64,000 nucleotides of DNA from a virus. Every line of letters begins with the position of its first letter. Positions within the stretch are counted from its first letter, which is position 1. Both the position numbers and the translations under genes were made by a program. Location of the stretch: positions 470 to 64,469 of IMG/VR virus record IMGVR_UViG_3300030433_002667; one strand, 5' to 3'. This document shows, one piece after another, positions 40,401 through 47,180 of the stretch. Below the pieces are notes generated by a model. That model had not been told where the DNA came from and searched no databases. It saw only the letters and a program-made list of their open reading frames with translations.

Positions 40401-42134
40401 ACGTAGTAAAAATGGCTCAGGGTTAAACTCATTTCCACCAAGTGCGAGTATATCTCTTTGGGCATCGTCAATTCCCGCCATACCATTTTCAACTACAATG
40501 TTGACATTCTCAGAGGAATGGATACGAGAGACCGTAATCGGGGAATGACTGTCGTAGGAAGAAATGATACTGTTGGTCGGAACCACGCTCTTGACATCAG
40601 AAAATTGTGAAGGGAATGTAGCCGTAATGGTATCAGAAGAAGCATCTAACTTCTTCTCTACTTCGTGATGTGCAGTAGGTGGCAACTTACCCATAAATGG
40701 GTGACTCTTTACATGATTGAGAGTATGACGACCAGAATGACCAATGACAAAGTTAGCACCCATGTTTGTTGTAGATGCAGAGAAAGGATTGTAGCCATTA
40801 GCGTCAATTGCCATTGACAAAGAGAACATCATGCCATGAAGACCAAATGGACCTTCGTCAATGATGACTTGACCTTGCCTTTGGGAAAACTGAGTTCCAC
40901 TACCATGAGGCTGGAAATCATTCCCATTCCCACCGTCTACGACACAGTCGCCTGTAATGATAACCATTCGACCAGCATCATGATTCATCAATAATCCTCG
41001 TCGACCATTGGTAGGGTTTGCACTGAAGTCCAGATGAATAGATTCTACAGTAATTGTACCTGCACTTGAATCAATGGCCATTAGGCGAAGCCTTTCTGGC
41101 GCTTTTGCCGAAGGCTTTCCGGTATCAGGGTTATACCCCAGTGGATTGATGAGGATATTGTAAGGAACCTTAGGGATATTGACATCACTGGATGTACCAG
41201 CGCCGTAGACTGATACTTTGTAAGAGCCTTGATTTGAACCGCTTGAAGCGGCTGACCAAGGACTAGCGGTAAAGTCAAGAGCAGTCAATCCACTTTGACC
41301 TGTAAATTCGTCAATGAGTTTCTGAGCGGCAGTTGCTCCAATGGTAATGGTGGAATTGGCACTTGTTGATGCAGTTAACGAAGGGGTGGTGGTGATGATG
41401 TTGACCGGCTCAATCGGCTCTTCAAATCGCCATAATGCTAGTGTATCGTCTCCTTTTACAGGTGCGTAGGGCTGCCTACCAGAATTTTTCTCCCCACGTG
41501 ACCAATGGATAGATTCGATGATTCCACGATAATCACCACCCCGACCTCCAAGATAGATGTGGTTACTCTGAGGAACAACTTGGAAATCTTCATCAAAGGT
41601 CTTAGATGCTACCAAATCTCCGTTGATATGCATACTCAATGCTCGTCGGTTAAACGTAACCGTTACGTTGAGTAGTTCCCTATTACCATCGTTAAATCCT
41701 GTGGCATCATTAAGTGTAGCATCACTACCACTGTAAGAATGGTGCACATTGGATGGGTTGGGGAAAAGGGCCCCATTCCAATAAGCAAGAGTACCGTTCG
41801 CATTGCTGACAGGGGTAGCAGAAGAAATAGTAAACACGCTGTCTCTTCCAGAAGCCGCATTTCGCAATCTAATTTCAAATGCTGCCGGAGCAGGACTGCC
41901 GGGGCTACCTACAGTTAATCGCATGACGTTTTCCTGCTCAAAGACGACGCCACCACAATCAGGGATAATCCAAGACTCTAATGTAAATGACGAAAGTGCC
42001 TTTGGCATAAGCGGGCGCTCTGTGTTACGTGTGCCGTGTAAATTTTTGTCACCAATAGGTACCAGAACGCTATCGCTAATTCCATTGAATTGGAGAGCGT
42101 ATCCGGGATTTACTATCAGGCTCATATCAGACAC
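25434..42134 (-). CDS. Giant (5566 aa) virion tail/adhesin protein with N- and C-terminal LamG-like domains
   Basis: Uninterrupted 16.7-kb ORF. N-terminal ALQFNG...FTLESWI...LWRFEE and C-terminal LWLKAD...IAEII.YNR.L...QVEGYL LamG-type domains, with many degenerate beta modules between. Located within the tail module. Confidence 0.75.
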   Translation of the reverse strand: MSDMSLIVNPGYALQFNGISDSVLVPIGDKNLHGTRNTERPLMPKALSSFTLESWIIPDCGGVVFEQENVMRLTVGSPGSPAPAAFEIRLRNAASGRDSVFTISSATPVSNANGTLAYWNGALFPNPSNVHHSYSGSDATLNDATGFNDGNRELLNVTVTFNRRALSMHINGDLVASKTFDEDFQVVPQSNHIYLGGRGGDYRGIIESIHWSRGEKNSGRQPYAPVKGDDTLALWRFEEPIEPVNIITTTPSLTASTSANSTITIGATAAQKLIDEFTGQSGLTALDFTASPWSAASSGSNQGSYKVSVYGAGTSSDVNIPKVPYNILINPLGYNPDTGKPSAKAPERLRLMAIDSSAGTITVESIHLDFSANPTNGRRGLLMNHDAGRMVIITGDCVVDGGNGNDFQPHGSGTQFSQRQGQVIIDEGPFGLHGMMFSLSMAIDANGYNPFSASTTNMGANFVIGHSGRHTLNHVKSHPFMGKLPPTAHHEVEKKLDASSDTITATFPSQFSDVKSVVPTNSIISSYDSHSPITVSRIHSSENVNIVVENGMAGIDDAQRDILALGGNEFNPEPFLLRSITSETTSDDARALIPSDESRIAILGLPALSDYGYAPFLQIHYNAVDRFGSQFDTVATARITSVTSTVVTLESVKAFGPDGHVLEAAHLMVDRVPAKDGTGSITGKISHSANTITFSAATDAAFQAKALVGTTLIRAHASPKILVEKTLPKVSTILTGSTRIIDLLHSEMKSNPLTLHAPGGIIEFDMPNMFPFKEGHLEGDSSEGTVAENKLDFSLCPANYLPLHSTDKPQTTPQKIKVAQSELSSRSSKFHKLLISRNRNNLDNLETVATLTRQKYLDGQRRRIGLYINSISGYASGTQTALTVDGVDATTVFQVGDTVYKSDGTQLGILTAVTTTTLTLDTTISQISGGTGYTTATGVATTGGTGAGLTVDIVASGGVITSITVNAAGTGYTAGDIVTVNAGGTNAKFSIFSAGTTADVVDNDELYDVSITKGKGTPNQSTAVNEMLDIVEHIVTGDRVKLVVHPTDRRRFNQLSRMIAGSESASEITVEYLMSQGRVLSFSDDGNGNSVLLAHGLLSDISSSSVYVKGDGASDSHIVKEIMPGAPVVTMTLGGPGQGAINTKETWDPSPTARLAWNTRRDGQAVIKETGATTLTVLPLNNRATDLQSWGTYPFASQGQVYLQLPKLSEDEPNRFASATYVSKDGTTFTFAGGTGHMGTGTFVLGDGSESDSFADWKTATGIDKGSILHVDDKFGEETMCNDGTTINDRLFQTLDTVQHDYQLGTQYASTRALVEIPLFHEQIFGDFVGPDNAMKLHIDCTHTAHSWNPNPVGRRFDAVNPADPELFGPFSYAISNNEHRLGTKVTRDFDSSNLRVYVEDARIFPIPTAAPIAVAGIDGSLRFRRAFLSTGEWCIYNARDTTDHYLTIAGSAGDTWSTSVNFLRDLKLGAHITPAPGYQDMNYTGIADNPQQISAGYEARRSFYYDRSNVMTQGGNVDYGLKQYVSAIEFRAGPRSNPHLPRIKSKRPKAKIIGRTPTHPTTPVTTLIMDDASLFPEYAPEVGYHIRISWTDAAGTKHYAYYSSRGNNTLNILSPDAGFNPPIGDEILVEDFHTDPTAPIYPKIIDGFLNRAWAHPYAPGGLRNGDTVWMNMHYTNPHAIEGLFCKSRGTLNEAEVWTGFNGGQGSFNAAPRDSIPMENFLIGNTCIETAQNLVQHINKTVLMNYDALGLPLDTAPTVAYIDPYQSTEDFTRVLLYDVAHDREFIAFQDLWMQVQSSPAAASIGTKQTVTTGLIDNNDADSGSHLDVAAGFPSQSKILQSTEQSDFIEASYVHRHIAVAQTAGGLSTHRVNVGKVGKSGQLPRTNDAVTDISESSAMHADIEPSLREISTFFDTPDGTRCIPAFLAMKGIRSKSLDLSGHEESRLQHLDHWTQMDFVRRLTIDLGEVKLRDGVDDIQSAAIEVVRLINQAAAKNGRTHARRPADQFLGESEKFDLSSPGPKGSDYSGNTDPAASHQHADFATTGSTHDPAPFWDVEKAFASHDRGSHMGYVRAHIGRVVEGGYSIVIHSTVPGAGGRNFCLWMDNSRAQTPYQPEYLIGHGGRFRNYWCQPDEMTGENMHPAPMPINRFGRPFAPITTLKEFLPPEEVSDITKNNLNMGANEAGGSTVISTANAEMLSGRNANTLLAESLETKSPSSTLIDGLRIGTPAKARINFGGLTQAGIPGWCPEAGKWGFGRDGQNDRYFAVYGKPSNIDDTMVGMSIKTGSSNGYIPDEDMKNENIGDSNLYGLRFVDHLGKSHTIRFIYRQFGQRFANDLTSLPPTLDDEVLIHFDDRDVGQGGFTIGRHMVGVGEVCGQKTGGDEIKFKGNLWNNYPSPAVGVAAATTLASGTMTLVLDDPYDSGGHLSHPDVLGYLGFPESGTFQLSLHGTTANHHQGLTFSYTSRTHNDNTGPHKFFGVVGGAGDFTDGDWYLSPRINFTSVLTDEVIAAAVEFAMKMGDVSPSDIDATSFDCREMFAPDGRTLGEWGVDAGAIRVIPRNETKLPLSKLFDVSRTKDWGLLDGASTDAIVVSKHTGGLSDSDKDNGTRLDIGYIPKTVLHITTKYRGTNANTATPVLVDTQNNLVDTTVWQRNLRGENFTDVAGDHIIPRVDSPMIEPSHVHSNRMRLPVGENIFLLCKPACDDANSWGNPVTLWWGSQEYGKVRSKPSASVGPERELNYDVDDGCSVNFHNGILHHHEVFIRDGGSPRAKEICGIRRAGSKNSSPFLYFRGARDSPDHWVPLYFGGGFSGAVMDINDGTQNDYADFYTHPYSSGPTGSAGFQNVGELAGSYALVDTNAMLAMFPGTPYLDQHRGESNPPMFNQDGILPFDMAKETNTKSTGMVYTDGTNTIHPNMPSPVVLRFAHPHARYSATGETTDSTTYMIFGPGQAFPHNKSVTEPQGSNIVTTGNGYSAVPIYIGGVVGRDTFLPNQLANGNSAGHSGFNQLSSESAHLPLTTFFQRNNLRGFNHVMNWQPTKGFPNTKSSTAHNYSQLYNDAFYFEGSNHATTMTLPPQAHPFNFPFADVNGGAVASAAHPKTRMSSIVWHMDGGYHPGGHFLDNHVLKNPAGPSSDKLATGSGVQHNVSAFRPCGVLAQAYLAAFGGDPTAQATAFSENVVIVDATRVQNAEELGTILAASINTFPGKDPLKAIGGTFMPSMQNAHKQDRYGWVQFDYGGGTPHDPVGPTAATITVTGGPGLNNIPKYGWLRLSDGAATVGYSAYIDHNGVDTFTLAVNPIISTSDPVDPAGRVPIPLIPGPAPDLKIYVWSKAGVHRHNNSLAPGVRDHMCQVHFSGYIDAVDRTKPIGAVGWAGEAYSYLNSYETTETGPNNSPAGLGAWHPFLGFSPYGAAESCFAATPPQPTSEGTFVNNFADYCVNSMSSRHLVAITHESELPLIAKTDRDGIIAMGDYLLAKQQQDPASAGTITWDTNKIHNKSRYVGPATAGPHVEAQMHSLFNLPTEPDDYPVSGSAPTDAQWHRAIQSGDMVQATSCLHPTGDLFWDESVQKGSNNHESINAYLTECIGIKGEDDHLDINGASTEYPHPGLFGFYNRRTAARNFSAEHVVWKRMDGGGLTMPAVNARGLGMVPWVKRKDGVNYKTVGEKVLGNVRFSFETTNAAMFPIIQAQELGHPQLAEQHPLEVRNALMIPNEDQQFKSLQVVDDTGQEHRLEGGSPLGTVIMDFRHISDREVEGLAPALAGAGVHPNLKIRLPNPDEIPGNIVVRSGFDRIQAYQNETIGSGGLQHPAQPVQNVKDMFSNKSPGPRLWPTWEDNGWEHLSQDAVDISTATSKSRLNFPSSTNQGWEDHTDDAPLQTAYEPHDRSLFFHVTRMGISMTHRYDVDELSFSAYDEANNEIDVTTTPEAATWLDTSEQSGGRYFLRVYDPTTNKGVLASYTGTGTNKFTNVVVSPDFKSFISGKTGLKVVPSYYMPAGSTRFFAARRLRDHSEYSGASPDMKRIDWFDVFNTLPPTEGDMVIPSSPFNKITKPKMTPMPIPRMGHHYVTPTMALMPGHYAHPAYQRMYDLHHACRSANYGPSNESLKGILESTRLTEEATADTHESLRDPFIWFSTPTATYGPSDVHGGAFTLMTETKVKYEGYGIAASVGVAGGTNSEGGHSLVLEAAASYTLNRHFPDPLEVGAYQIIIQPNVFKQQLKGFHLNHSDALKAPSEAGTKVAELTGQQVNTVIAIEEDAGTNGAYTLILAEAMMADVRGCEVIINEVILDIEPDAGSQFTNLPPLALYNPLGVQETSSPSFTRRSLPYRPGMFSSATPGYTINIPWWGILHKDGATSAAAQKWRHLEWHKPDNYYEFCRASYGSVGAQLTLAGYPTTFLDLYEPHKRIRSLNPTCVVISADSGAQTITVDNNDLFPVVPYYGEVLELEEGGVRYTATYANRTGTLAHATLGVSTTFSTVTADASFWGKISAGDVLRLSRPYDTHPADSVYEDSATSVATRTLPQLAHGTRDTNSLHTPDAFLCMWHPNLGRPFTWYSDDASRPFYDATGVADTPVDQKGYNHIPEHFETIHYQDFNYVASKGPFGLAMKWVVPPGGAGLTPSGTAHSAADIDADANLSHQGGTIGANKYNFAGFWPGGSHGGGAVSRLESYGNALIGWGSDTYGMDCETYQDSTGIATLALASDKNRCFGYRMAVRQAYNRPRWSPYVRGWLEVANSNALLGYYHGPLIQHDSKTNGWDYVGADLGQADVDFDAMYVGILERITQISSLLNQDQIGRQVRYSDGRRMTAPYGCAIRTLRNASTTKRLYPGDDAGKGVEELALAHRYYLVDWWGNTRGEDVRRFPVRGFGIRPSWDPEDAYADTNITHRPAAHDLFGGDGLDRYSGNLNDMNNGTPNMNIADWFNPASALRVGDRGDGRGCRWPTVFNESLLMAVSENHDATGLVLSHSTSEPSFGQGLVRPSNLVLQDGEIERGISDRIDLNGEEGLLKTTANVGEATETVNADNRGAEPVSRDDVRIGLDVDTLAELNDGESREYVVMSTEAASLHTDREVGQRTNMRGAYDIGSRTLKDLDMTDLDWSAQPKSAIMRHSNAHANWALGGTYVMEWSKHAGILDVKGWGQAIPESGMVLWLKADALDLEDGDAVTSWKSSGPIDFEFTQGTASAQPSYIASSGIINNMPAIDCDGNDKLTLPFDARLNTNDVTLFVVAWADTDDGNAHGVVETFSNSPVTRSGHSLWIRMDSNNRWRWQGGADTTYTGVWSANNSAVGGYPEIVTARTFGGDGVGSIATFDLFLRGVSVASTTGPFWVADDDPTGVGHVGSYYLNGKIAEIIQYNRKLTDLEQRQVEGYLASKYGLSTEYDGWAPSNPYQDTNHDPIKQNINYDDSIIQFLYRPVQNLDYKHSQMFRAHSPVIGPQATSNFYGASAGGKYGLFVSDVPSARTGTPSLPPYAPVYSLDPTSSVTVPNSQGPKIQGVDVAGYDKTDIRSPVARMVMSENTLEHFRSDASRRTGIDDEGDYSVQPRHSQTLHPKGSDGDASYNTGDHSGE

Positions 42135-44097
42135 CTACCACGAAGTCGGAGGCAACCAACTTCAAATTGAATGCGTAATATTGATGCCCAGCATCATACC
42201 GCACATGAAGTTTTTCAGGTATAATCCGTATACCGCCGTCATTACCATGACCATCAGTCGTCAAGGTAACCCACAAATCCGTCATGACATTCTTTGCCCA
42301 GCCACCAACTGACCTAACTGCATCAATAATTTCTCCAGAAAGTAATTTACCGAAGAAACTTTCAAGAGAATCGCCTTGGATTTCTCCACCGGTATCTGAT
42401 TTGTTTAAACTAAGGTTCTCAAAGGTGTGTGAAGCGGATAATGTGTTGGCCTTTGCACCTTTACTATCGATATCAATTTCACCAAATGTCAAGAAAAAGT
42501 TCCTAGCAACCCCTGTTACGCCAGAACTGGTGATTAAACTGTCATATGGGATTTGTATTCCACGAATAACGGATTCCGAATCTGCTGCAGAATCAGCCAT
42601 TAGCCCCATGATATCTTGTACTCTATCTCCAGCACTTTTCTGAGCGTTAACTTTGACCTTACTGTTTGCAATCGCAGCAGCCCTTATGTCGAATAGTTCA
42701 ATTAGTTTGGTGGAAAATGGAGAATAGTCTTTGATAACAACATCAGGCACATAAGTTTGCTCAATGACAAGCATAGCGCCAGACCTAGTGACATTGAAAG
42801 CAGCAGGTAAATTGGTTCCTCCATTAGGTTCAAGTGGATTAGTTGAGATTGTCACTGCACCTGTCAATTTGAATGCATCTTCAACACGTTCTGCAAGTTT
42901 AGCAGCAGGGTTATCTGCATCGTATATACCCTTGATAGGAATGTCTATTGCTGCATCATAGTCTATGCCATCTGCGCCTCCGGATGAATTCGTTGAGTTT
43001 CGATTGGCGATTCGATAAATGAATGGTGGGTCAGTGTAAGGGTTATCGGCGTCAAAATAAAACCTGATTCCTTGATGGCCGCCAGTAGTTGACCTACCGA
43101 TTCCACCATCCAGTGGGTATGTTTGTCCCAAAGCACTCCGATTAGGTTGCTCTACCCAATAAGACGGACTAAACTTGAGGAAGATTCCGGGTTTTCCGAG
43201 CACCTCTTCCAATGGAGGGACTGCACCATAGTGAATTGTCTCTCCATCCTTTAGTGGAACTGCATTGCCTGCCGACAAATGTATCTTATTGTCCGTATTT
43301 GTCGCAACACCTACGGTTGACGTAACTATCCCAATTTCTTGCCCAAATCTGTTAAATATTCTTGCTCTGCGCTGAAGTTCTTCCCCAGCACCTATGTCGT
43401 TCCCAATAGGTGCTGTAAAGGTTATCGTATTCGCAGTAGTGCTCTGAACACGACCTATAGAGTCCCCTGCTTCATTGGTAATGACCATGTTCTCAAGAAA
43501 TACACTCGCTACATCTACTCTGCCACTTTCTATTCTTCCAGCACTAATTTCCTCATCAGTAAATTCTACACTAATTGTATCAGTTGCCCCAGCAGTATAA
43601 GCCGAAGTCGTCTTCCACAAAGTATCCACTAATGCATTGTTAAAGTTAAGGCCGAGGTTGAAAGTTCCGGGAGCAATGCCGTTTGCATTTCCACGAACAT
43701 TGATAATGGTGGCCTCTCCTTCTTCGTAATCTCGCTTAACGATGAACTGTTTACTTTCAAAAGGAGTACCATTCCCATCCAATGCCTGACGTGGTAAATT
43801 CTCATAGTCTGCTGCATTTATCGGTAAGACTCTTGTAAAGTCAATGATATTGGCAGCCTTAGATTCTAATTCCGCTGCCGCCCCTGCAAGTGGGGCCACA
43901 TCATCTTCAATAATTCCTGAAATCTCAATCTCAACACGAGGAATATTGGTATCTACAGCAAAACGCTTCATATCTCCGGTGAAGGGCGTTGGGAATGTAC
44001 TGACGTTTCTATCCACTGACACGTCAAATGACTGAGCCTTCAATTCAATTTGACTGGCTCCAGTTTGGCCAATGTTAAGTCTGATAGGAATAGCCAT
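42127..44097 (-). CDS. Distal-tail (Dit)-like protein, paralog 2, with inserted beta modules
   Basis: Shares N-terminal, SAGD.VQDI, IxGIQIPY.SLIT, RNFF and C-terminal F.LK.VA.D motifs with the 863-aa neighbour; lies just after the TMP-like gene region. Confidence 0.5.
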   Translation of the reverse strand: MAIPIRLNIGQTGASQIELKAQSFDVSVDRNVSTFPTPFTGDMKRFAVDTNIPRVEIEISGIIEDDVAPLAGAAAELESKAANIIDFTRVLPINAADYENLPRQALDGNGTPFESKQFIVKRDYEEGEATIINVRGNANGIAPGTFNLGLNFNNALVDTLWKTTSAYTAGATDTISVEFTDEEISAGRIESGRVDVASVFLENMVITNEAGDSIGRVQSTTANTITFTAPIGNDIGAGEELQRRARIFNRFGQEIGIVTSTVGVATNTDNKIHLSAGNAVPLKDGETIHYGAVPPLEEVLGKPGIFLKFSPSYWVEQPNRSALGQTYPLDGGIGRSTTGGHQGIRFYFDADNPYTDPPFIYRIANRNSTNSSGGADGIDYDAAIDIPIKGIYDADNPAAKLAERVEDAFKLTGAVTISTNPLEPNGGTNLPAAFNVTRSGAMLVIEQTYVPDVVIKDYSPFSTKLIELFDIRAAAIANSKVKVNAQKSAGDRVQDIMGLMADSAADSESVIRGIQIPYDSLITSSGVTGVARNFFLTFGEIDIDSKGAKANTLSASHTFENLSLNKSDTGGEIQGDSLESFFGKLLSGEIIDAVRSVGGWAKNVMTDLWVTLTTDGHGNDGGIRIIPEKLHVRYDAGHQYYAFNLKLVASDFVVGV

Positions 44098-44106
44098 ACT
44101 TTCACC

Positions 44107-46698
44107 TCATAGAATAACGTCAGCGGCCACGAACTTGAGACTAAATTCGTAAGCCTTCATTTCAGCATCTCTGCGCACATTAAAGTCTGTCACCAATCCA
44201 CTAATCCCATTTTTGTAATGGCCTTGGCTGGGGAATGAAAAGCCCTGACTTGCGTGAACATCATTGATATCAGAAAGTTTAGAGAAAGTGCCCCCTTGGT
44301 TGGTTATGAAAAAGTTCCGTTGGGCAACTTCTGTATCCAAATTAGACATACCTTTGGTAATGAGAGAGTTGTAAGGGATTTGTATACCCTTGATATAATC
44401 GCCCCTTCCGGTATCAGAATAGAGTGTCTGTTGAACTTTCTCAGCAATATCTACAATGAATTCTTCGACGCTACCAGTTACGTCCGAGATGGTCTCAAAA
44501 TTCTGGCTGTTGCCCAAAATGCCCAGTATATCCTGTACTTTGTCTCCGGCACTCATGACCTTCTTGCCACTTCTGCCACCAGAAAATCCTTCAATGACAG
44601 GCATTTGCCCTACGCCCAAATTGGTGTTTATCGAATCGGATAGTTGTCCCAATGAGGATTGGTACTTTTGTGTGATTATCAATCTTGATTGGTGACCGTT
44701 AGAAGATTCAGTACGAGATACGGAAAACAAATTGTCCATGGTTGTATTACCTTCAGCATCAATTGGTCTATCGCCTACACTGATAGATGGACTAGTAAGC
44801 GCCTTTTCCAACATAAAGGCGAGGAACTCATCCGTTCGGGTGATATCTGCACCATGAATAGAAGTTCTGGCCGTTCCATCCTCAAAGTTAGGGAACTCTG
44901 GGCCAACGGCTTTGTCTGGAGAAGCAAACTCATCATAAGTATCTGCATGCTTGATTGGAATAATAAGTGTAGGATATTGACCAGAGGCAAACAAATTCCC
45001 ACTCAGTGAAACCGGCGCTAACCAAACTTCGTCACCATTTTGCGGTGACGCAGATAATACATCAAAGCGATAATCGACAGTTACGCTCGCACCGCTAACT
45101 GCAGTCACTTGACCAATTTGGGTTGTGAAGTAGCCGGGATTTCCGTAAGCCCTGAATTCTTCAGTGGTCGGATTGCGGAAAATAAGTTCATATGCCCCTG
45201 TACTTTGTGACAATTCTATCCATTCTCTTAAATCCCCATCAACGTCAATGACTCCACCCGTGACGTTCGTAACCAATATTCCGGTATTACGAGGACGATT
45301 TAGATAGCCGTATGGCTCTTGCTTAGAGCCTGCTCTGGTTTTGTCGAATCCGACAGCAATGTGCTTATGTTCATAACTGTAAGAAATCCCGCTGTAAGTA
45401 TGACTACCGGGTAAGTTAACATTGTATTTCCGACTTAGATATCCTTCTACTTGATGAACTTCTGATGAAGTAAGGACTCTGTTGTAAACAAGAATTTCTG
45501 CAACTCCCCCGACCAAATAATCACTTGATGATATTCTATCCCGCCCTATAGTAAATGCAGCCGTGCCAGATGGAGTAATATCTATACCACTCCTTGTAGT
45601 TATATCGTGTCCATTTCTACGTAAGTTGAGTGAATCTGTCTGAGCGTCAGCATCAGTGTCCTCAAACTTCATGACATGGATATTTGCACCATTGGCACCT
45701 GCATTAACAGCCTGTAGGGCCGCACCGCTAGTTGTATCACCCCACTCAGTTTTCTGCTTATATGCACCACTGTAAGTGAAAAGTAGAGCATATCCTTCAT
45801 TGGTTGCATCTTGGCTACTGATGACGTATCCGTCAGGGGTTTGGTGGGTCGTCGATACAGTGAACACGGTGAACTCTTCAGAATTAAGAAATGGACTATG
45901 AGGTATTTCTAGGTAATCATCCCCATAGAAACGGATGTAAGGCTGCCCTCCCATTCCACCCATCAACCATCTTGGTTTACTTGCAGCAACTGTTTGTACC
46001 GCATCTCTACCATTTCCACTAAAGTCTTTCCATGCCCCTCCACCACCCAGTGCGGTATCACCTATGGGGATACCATGCTTATCAGGCCACTCATTAGTGG
46101 GGAACATCGCATCGGCTTTCAACCAGAGTTGAAGTCCAGTTTTGACAGGATTGTCAAGGCGAGCAGCAGCCTCTACCCAATATGCAATTGGTAGTTCCAA
46201 GAATTTCTTGTGCCAATTGTCAATGATTCGGTTACCAAGGTCGTTCGGTGAATATACGGGACCGCCAAAACTACCTCCTAAGCCACCGCTATTGGTTCCA
46301 CCTAATCCACTAATCCCCCCTGCATCAAGTCCAAATCCACCACCAGTAGGTGCGCCATTAAAATTTGAGCCGACTGGGCCAGTTAAGCCACCTTGTCCGC
46401 CTGAACTTCCTATAGGTTGACCCCAACTGACAATTTGCTGAGGTTGGAAAAGGTCGATTGTAGCAACAGCGGAAGAAGTTTCTTCTTGGCCATCATCATC
46501 TGTGAAGACGCCCTGTACTTCAAACGCCAAAGCGGCTTGGTTCAAATCCACTGACATTTTCCTCGCATCAAAGAATGGAATTGCGAAATTGGACTGCTGT
46601 CGCTCAACAACCATATCTATGCTAGTCGCATCTAAGGAGATAGTGTCACCATTCTCTTTCACGAGACGGATAGGGACTCTCTCTCCTTCATCGACCAT
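44107..46698 (-). CDS. Distal-tail (Dit)-like protein, paralog 1, with inserted LamG domain
   Basis: Paralog motifs as above; LamG insert from LWLKADA to VEGYLSRKY (about 46130-45420); immediately downstream of the TMP-like gene. Confidence 0.5.
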   Translation of the reverse strand: MVDEGERVPIRLVKENGDTISLDATSIDMVVERQQSNFAIPFFDARKMSVDLNQAALAFEVQGVFTDDDGQEETSSAVATIDLFQPQQIVSWGQPIGSSGGQGGLTGPVGSNFNGAPTGGGFGLDAGGISGLGGTNSGGLGGSFGGPVYSPNDLGNRIIDNWHKKFLELPIAYWVEAAARLDNPVKTGLQLWLKADAMFPTNEWPDKHGIPIGDTALGGGGAWKDFSGNGRDAVQTVAASKPRWLMGGMGGQPYIRFYGDDYLEIPHSPFLNSEEFTVFTVSTTHQTPDGYVISSQDATNEGYALLFTYSGAYKQKTEWGDTTSGAALQAVNAGANGANIHVMKFEDTDADAQTDSLNLRRNGHDITTRSGIDITPSGTAAFTIGRDRISSSDYLVGGVAEILVYNRVLTSSEVHQVEGYLSRKYNVNLPGSHTYSGISYSYEHKHIAVGFDKTRAGSKQEPYGYLNRPRNTGILVTNVTGGVIDVDGDLREWIELSQSTGAYELIFRNPTTEEFRAYGNPGYFTTQIGQVTAVSGASVTVDYRFDVLSASPQNGDEVWLAPVSLSGNLFASGQYPTLIIPIKHADTYDEFASPDKAVGPEFPNFEDGTARTSIHGADITRTDEFLAFMLEKALTSPSISVGDRPIDAEGNTTMDNLFSVSRTESSNGHQSRLIITQKYQSSLGQLSDSINTNLGVGQMPVIEGFSGGRSGKKVMSAGDKVQDILGILGNSQNFETISDVTGSVEEFIVDIAEKVQQTLYSDTGRGDYIKGIQIPYNSLITKGMSNLDTEVAQRNFFITNQGGTFSKLSDINDVHASQGFSFPSQGHYKNGISGLVTDFNVRRDAEMKAYEFSLKFVAADVIL

Positions 46699-46700
46699 AA

Positions 46701-47180
46701 TTAGCCACTCCTACTAAACCCACTGTTGGTTAGTGGGCCTCCAATCTTGGTTCTCAATTCTTTAGTGACCATGGCGCTAATTTCATTGGCTAACTTGCGC
46801 TTGTCAGTCCTGTCAGTGACTCCACTAACATCAATCCTAAGATTTACCGTAACATTGCCGGGTGCTTCTGTTTCTATAGGGGCTGCCCTTCGCTCGTCTA
46901 CTCGCTGAGCCGTAGGACTTTGGCTACGGGTCTTGGTCTTCTCAAGCCCCGTCTGTACTTCCTTGATTGAGTCTTCCATTTGCTTGAAAGGCTCGGCTGC
47001 GCCCATCTGCCTAAGTGATTCTCTCAGGTCAGTAGTATGAGTCTTGGTCATAGCCATAGAGGCTGTGAACTTGTCCATTGTCTGCTGAAGAGCCTTCATA
47101 CTTTGCTGAGATTCCTCTGCATAGCGCTTGAAGTTCTCCATTGCTTCTACGCTCTTTGGGTCTATATTTCCGTCTACCAT
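46701..47180 (-). CDS. Very short tape-measure-like protein (159 aa)
   Basis: Sits in the TMP position (after G/GT, before Dit-like genes). Helical Q/M/A-rich N-half; TMP-like C-terminus NVTVNLRIDVSG...RKLANEI...V.KEL. Confidence 0.5.
   Translation of the reverse strand: MVDGNIDPKSVEAMENFKRYAEESQQSMKALQQTMDKFTASMAMTKTHTTDLRESLRQMGAAEPFKQMEDSIKEVQTGLEKTKTRSQSPTAQRVDERRAAPIETEAPGNVTVNLRIDVSGVTDRTDKRKLANEISAMVTKELRTKIGGPLTNSGFSRSG

Noticed and set aside
11560-42134. Inteins or introns in PolB, the helicase or the giant protein
   Set aside because: PolB and the helicase-like gene are of compact length, and no intein termini or LAGLIDADG/HNH motifs were seen.
25434-42134. Giant ORF as a tape measure or tail sheath protein
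   Set aside because: Its composition is Gly/Thr/Pro-rich and beta-like with LamG ends, not the long helical pattern of a TMP, and no sheath motifs were recognised.
46535-46560. GGTTCAAATCC resembling a tRNA T-arm
   Set aside because: It lies inside a coding region and no acceptor, D or anticodon arms can be drawn.
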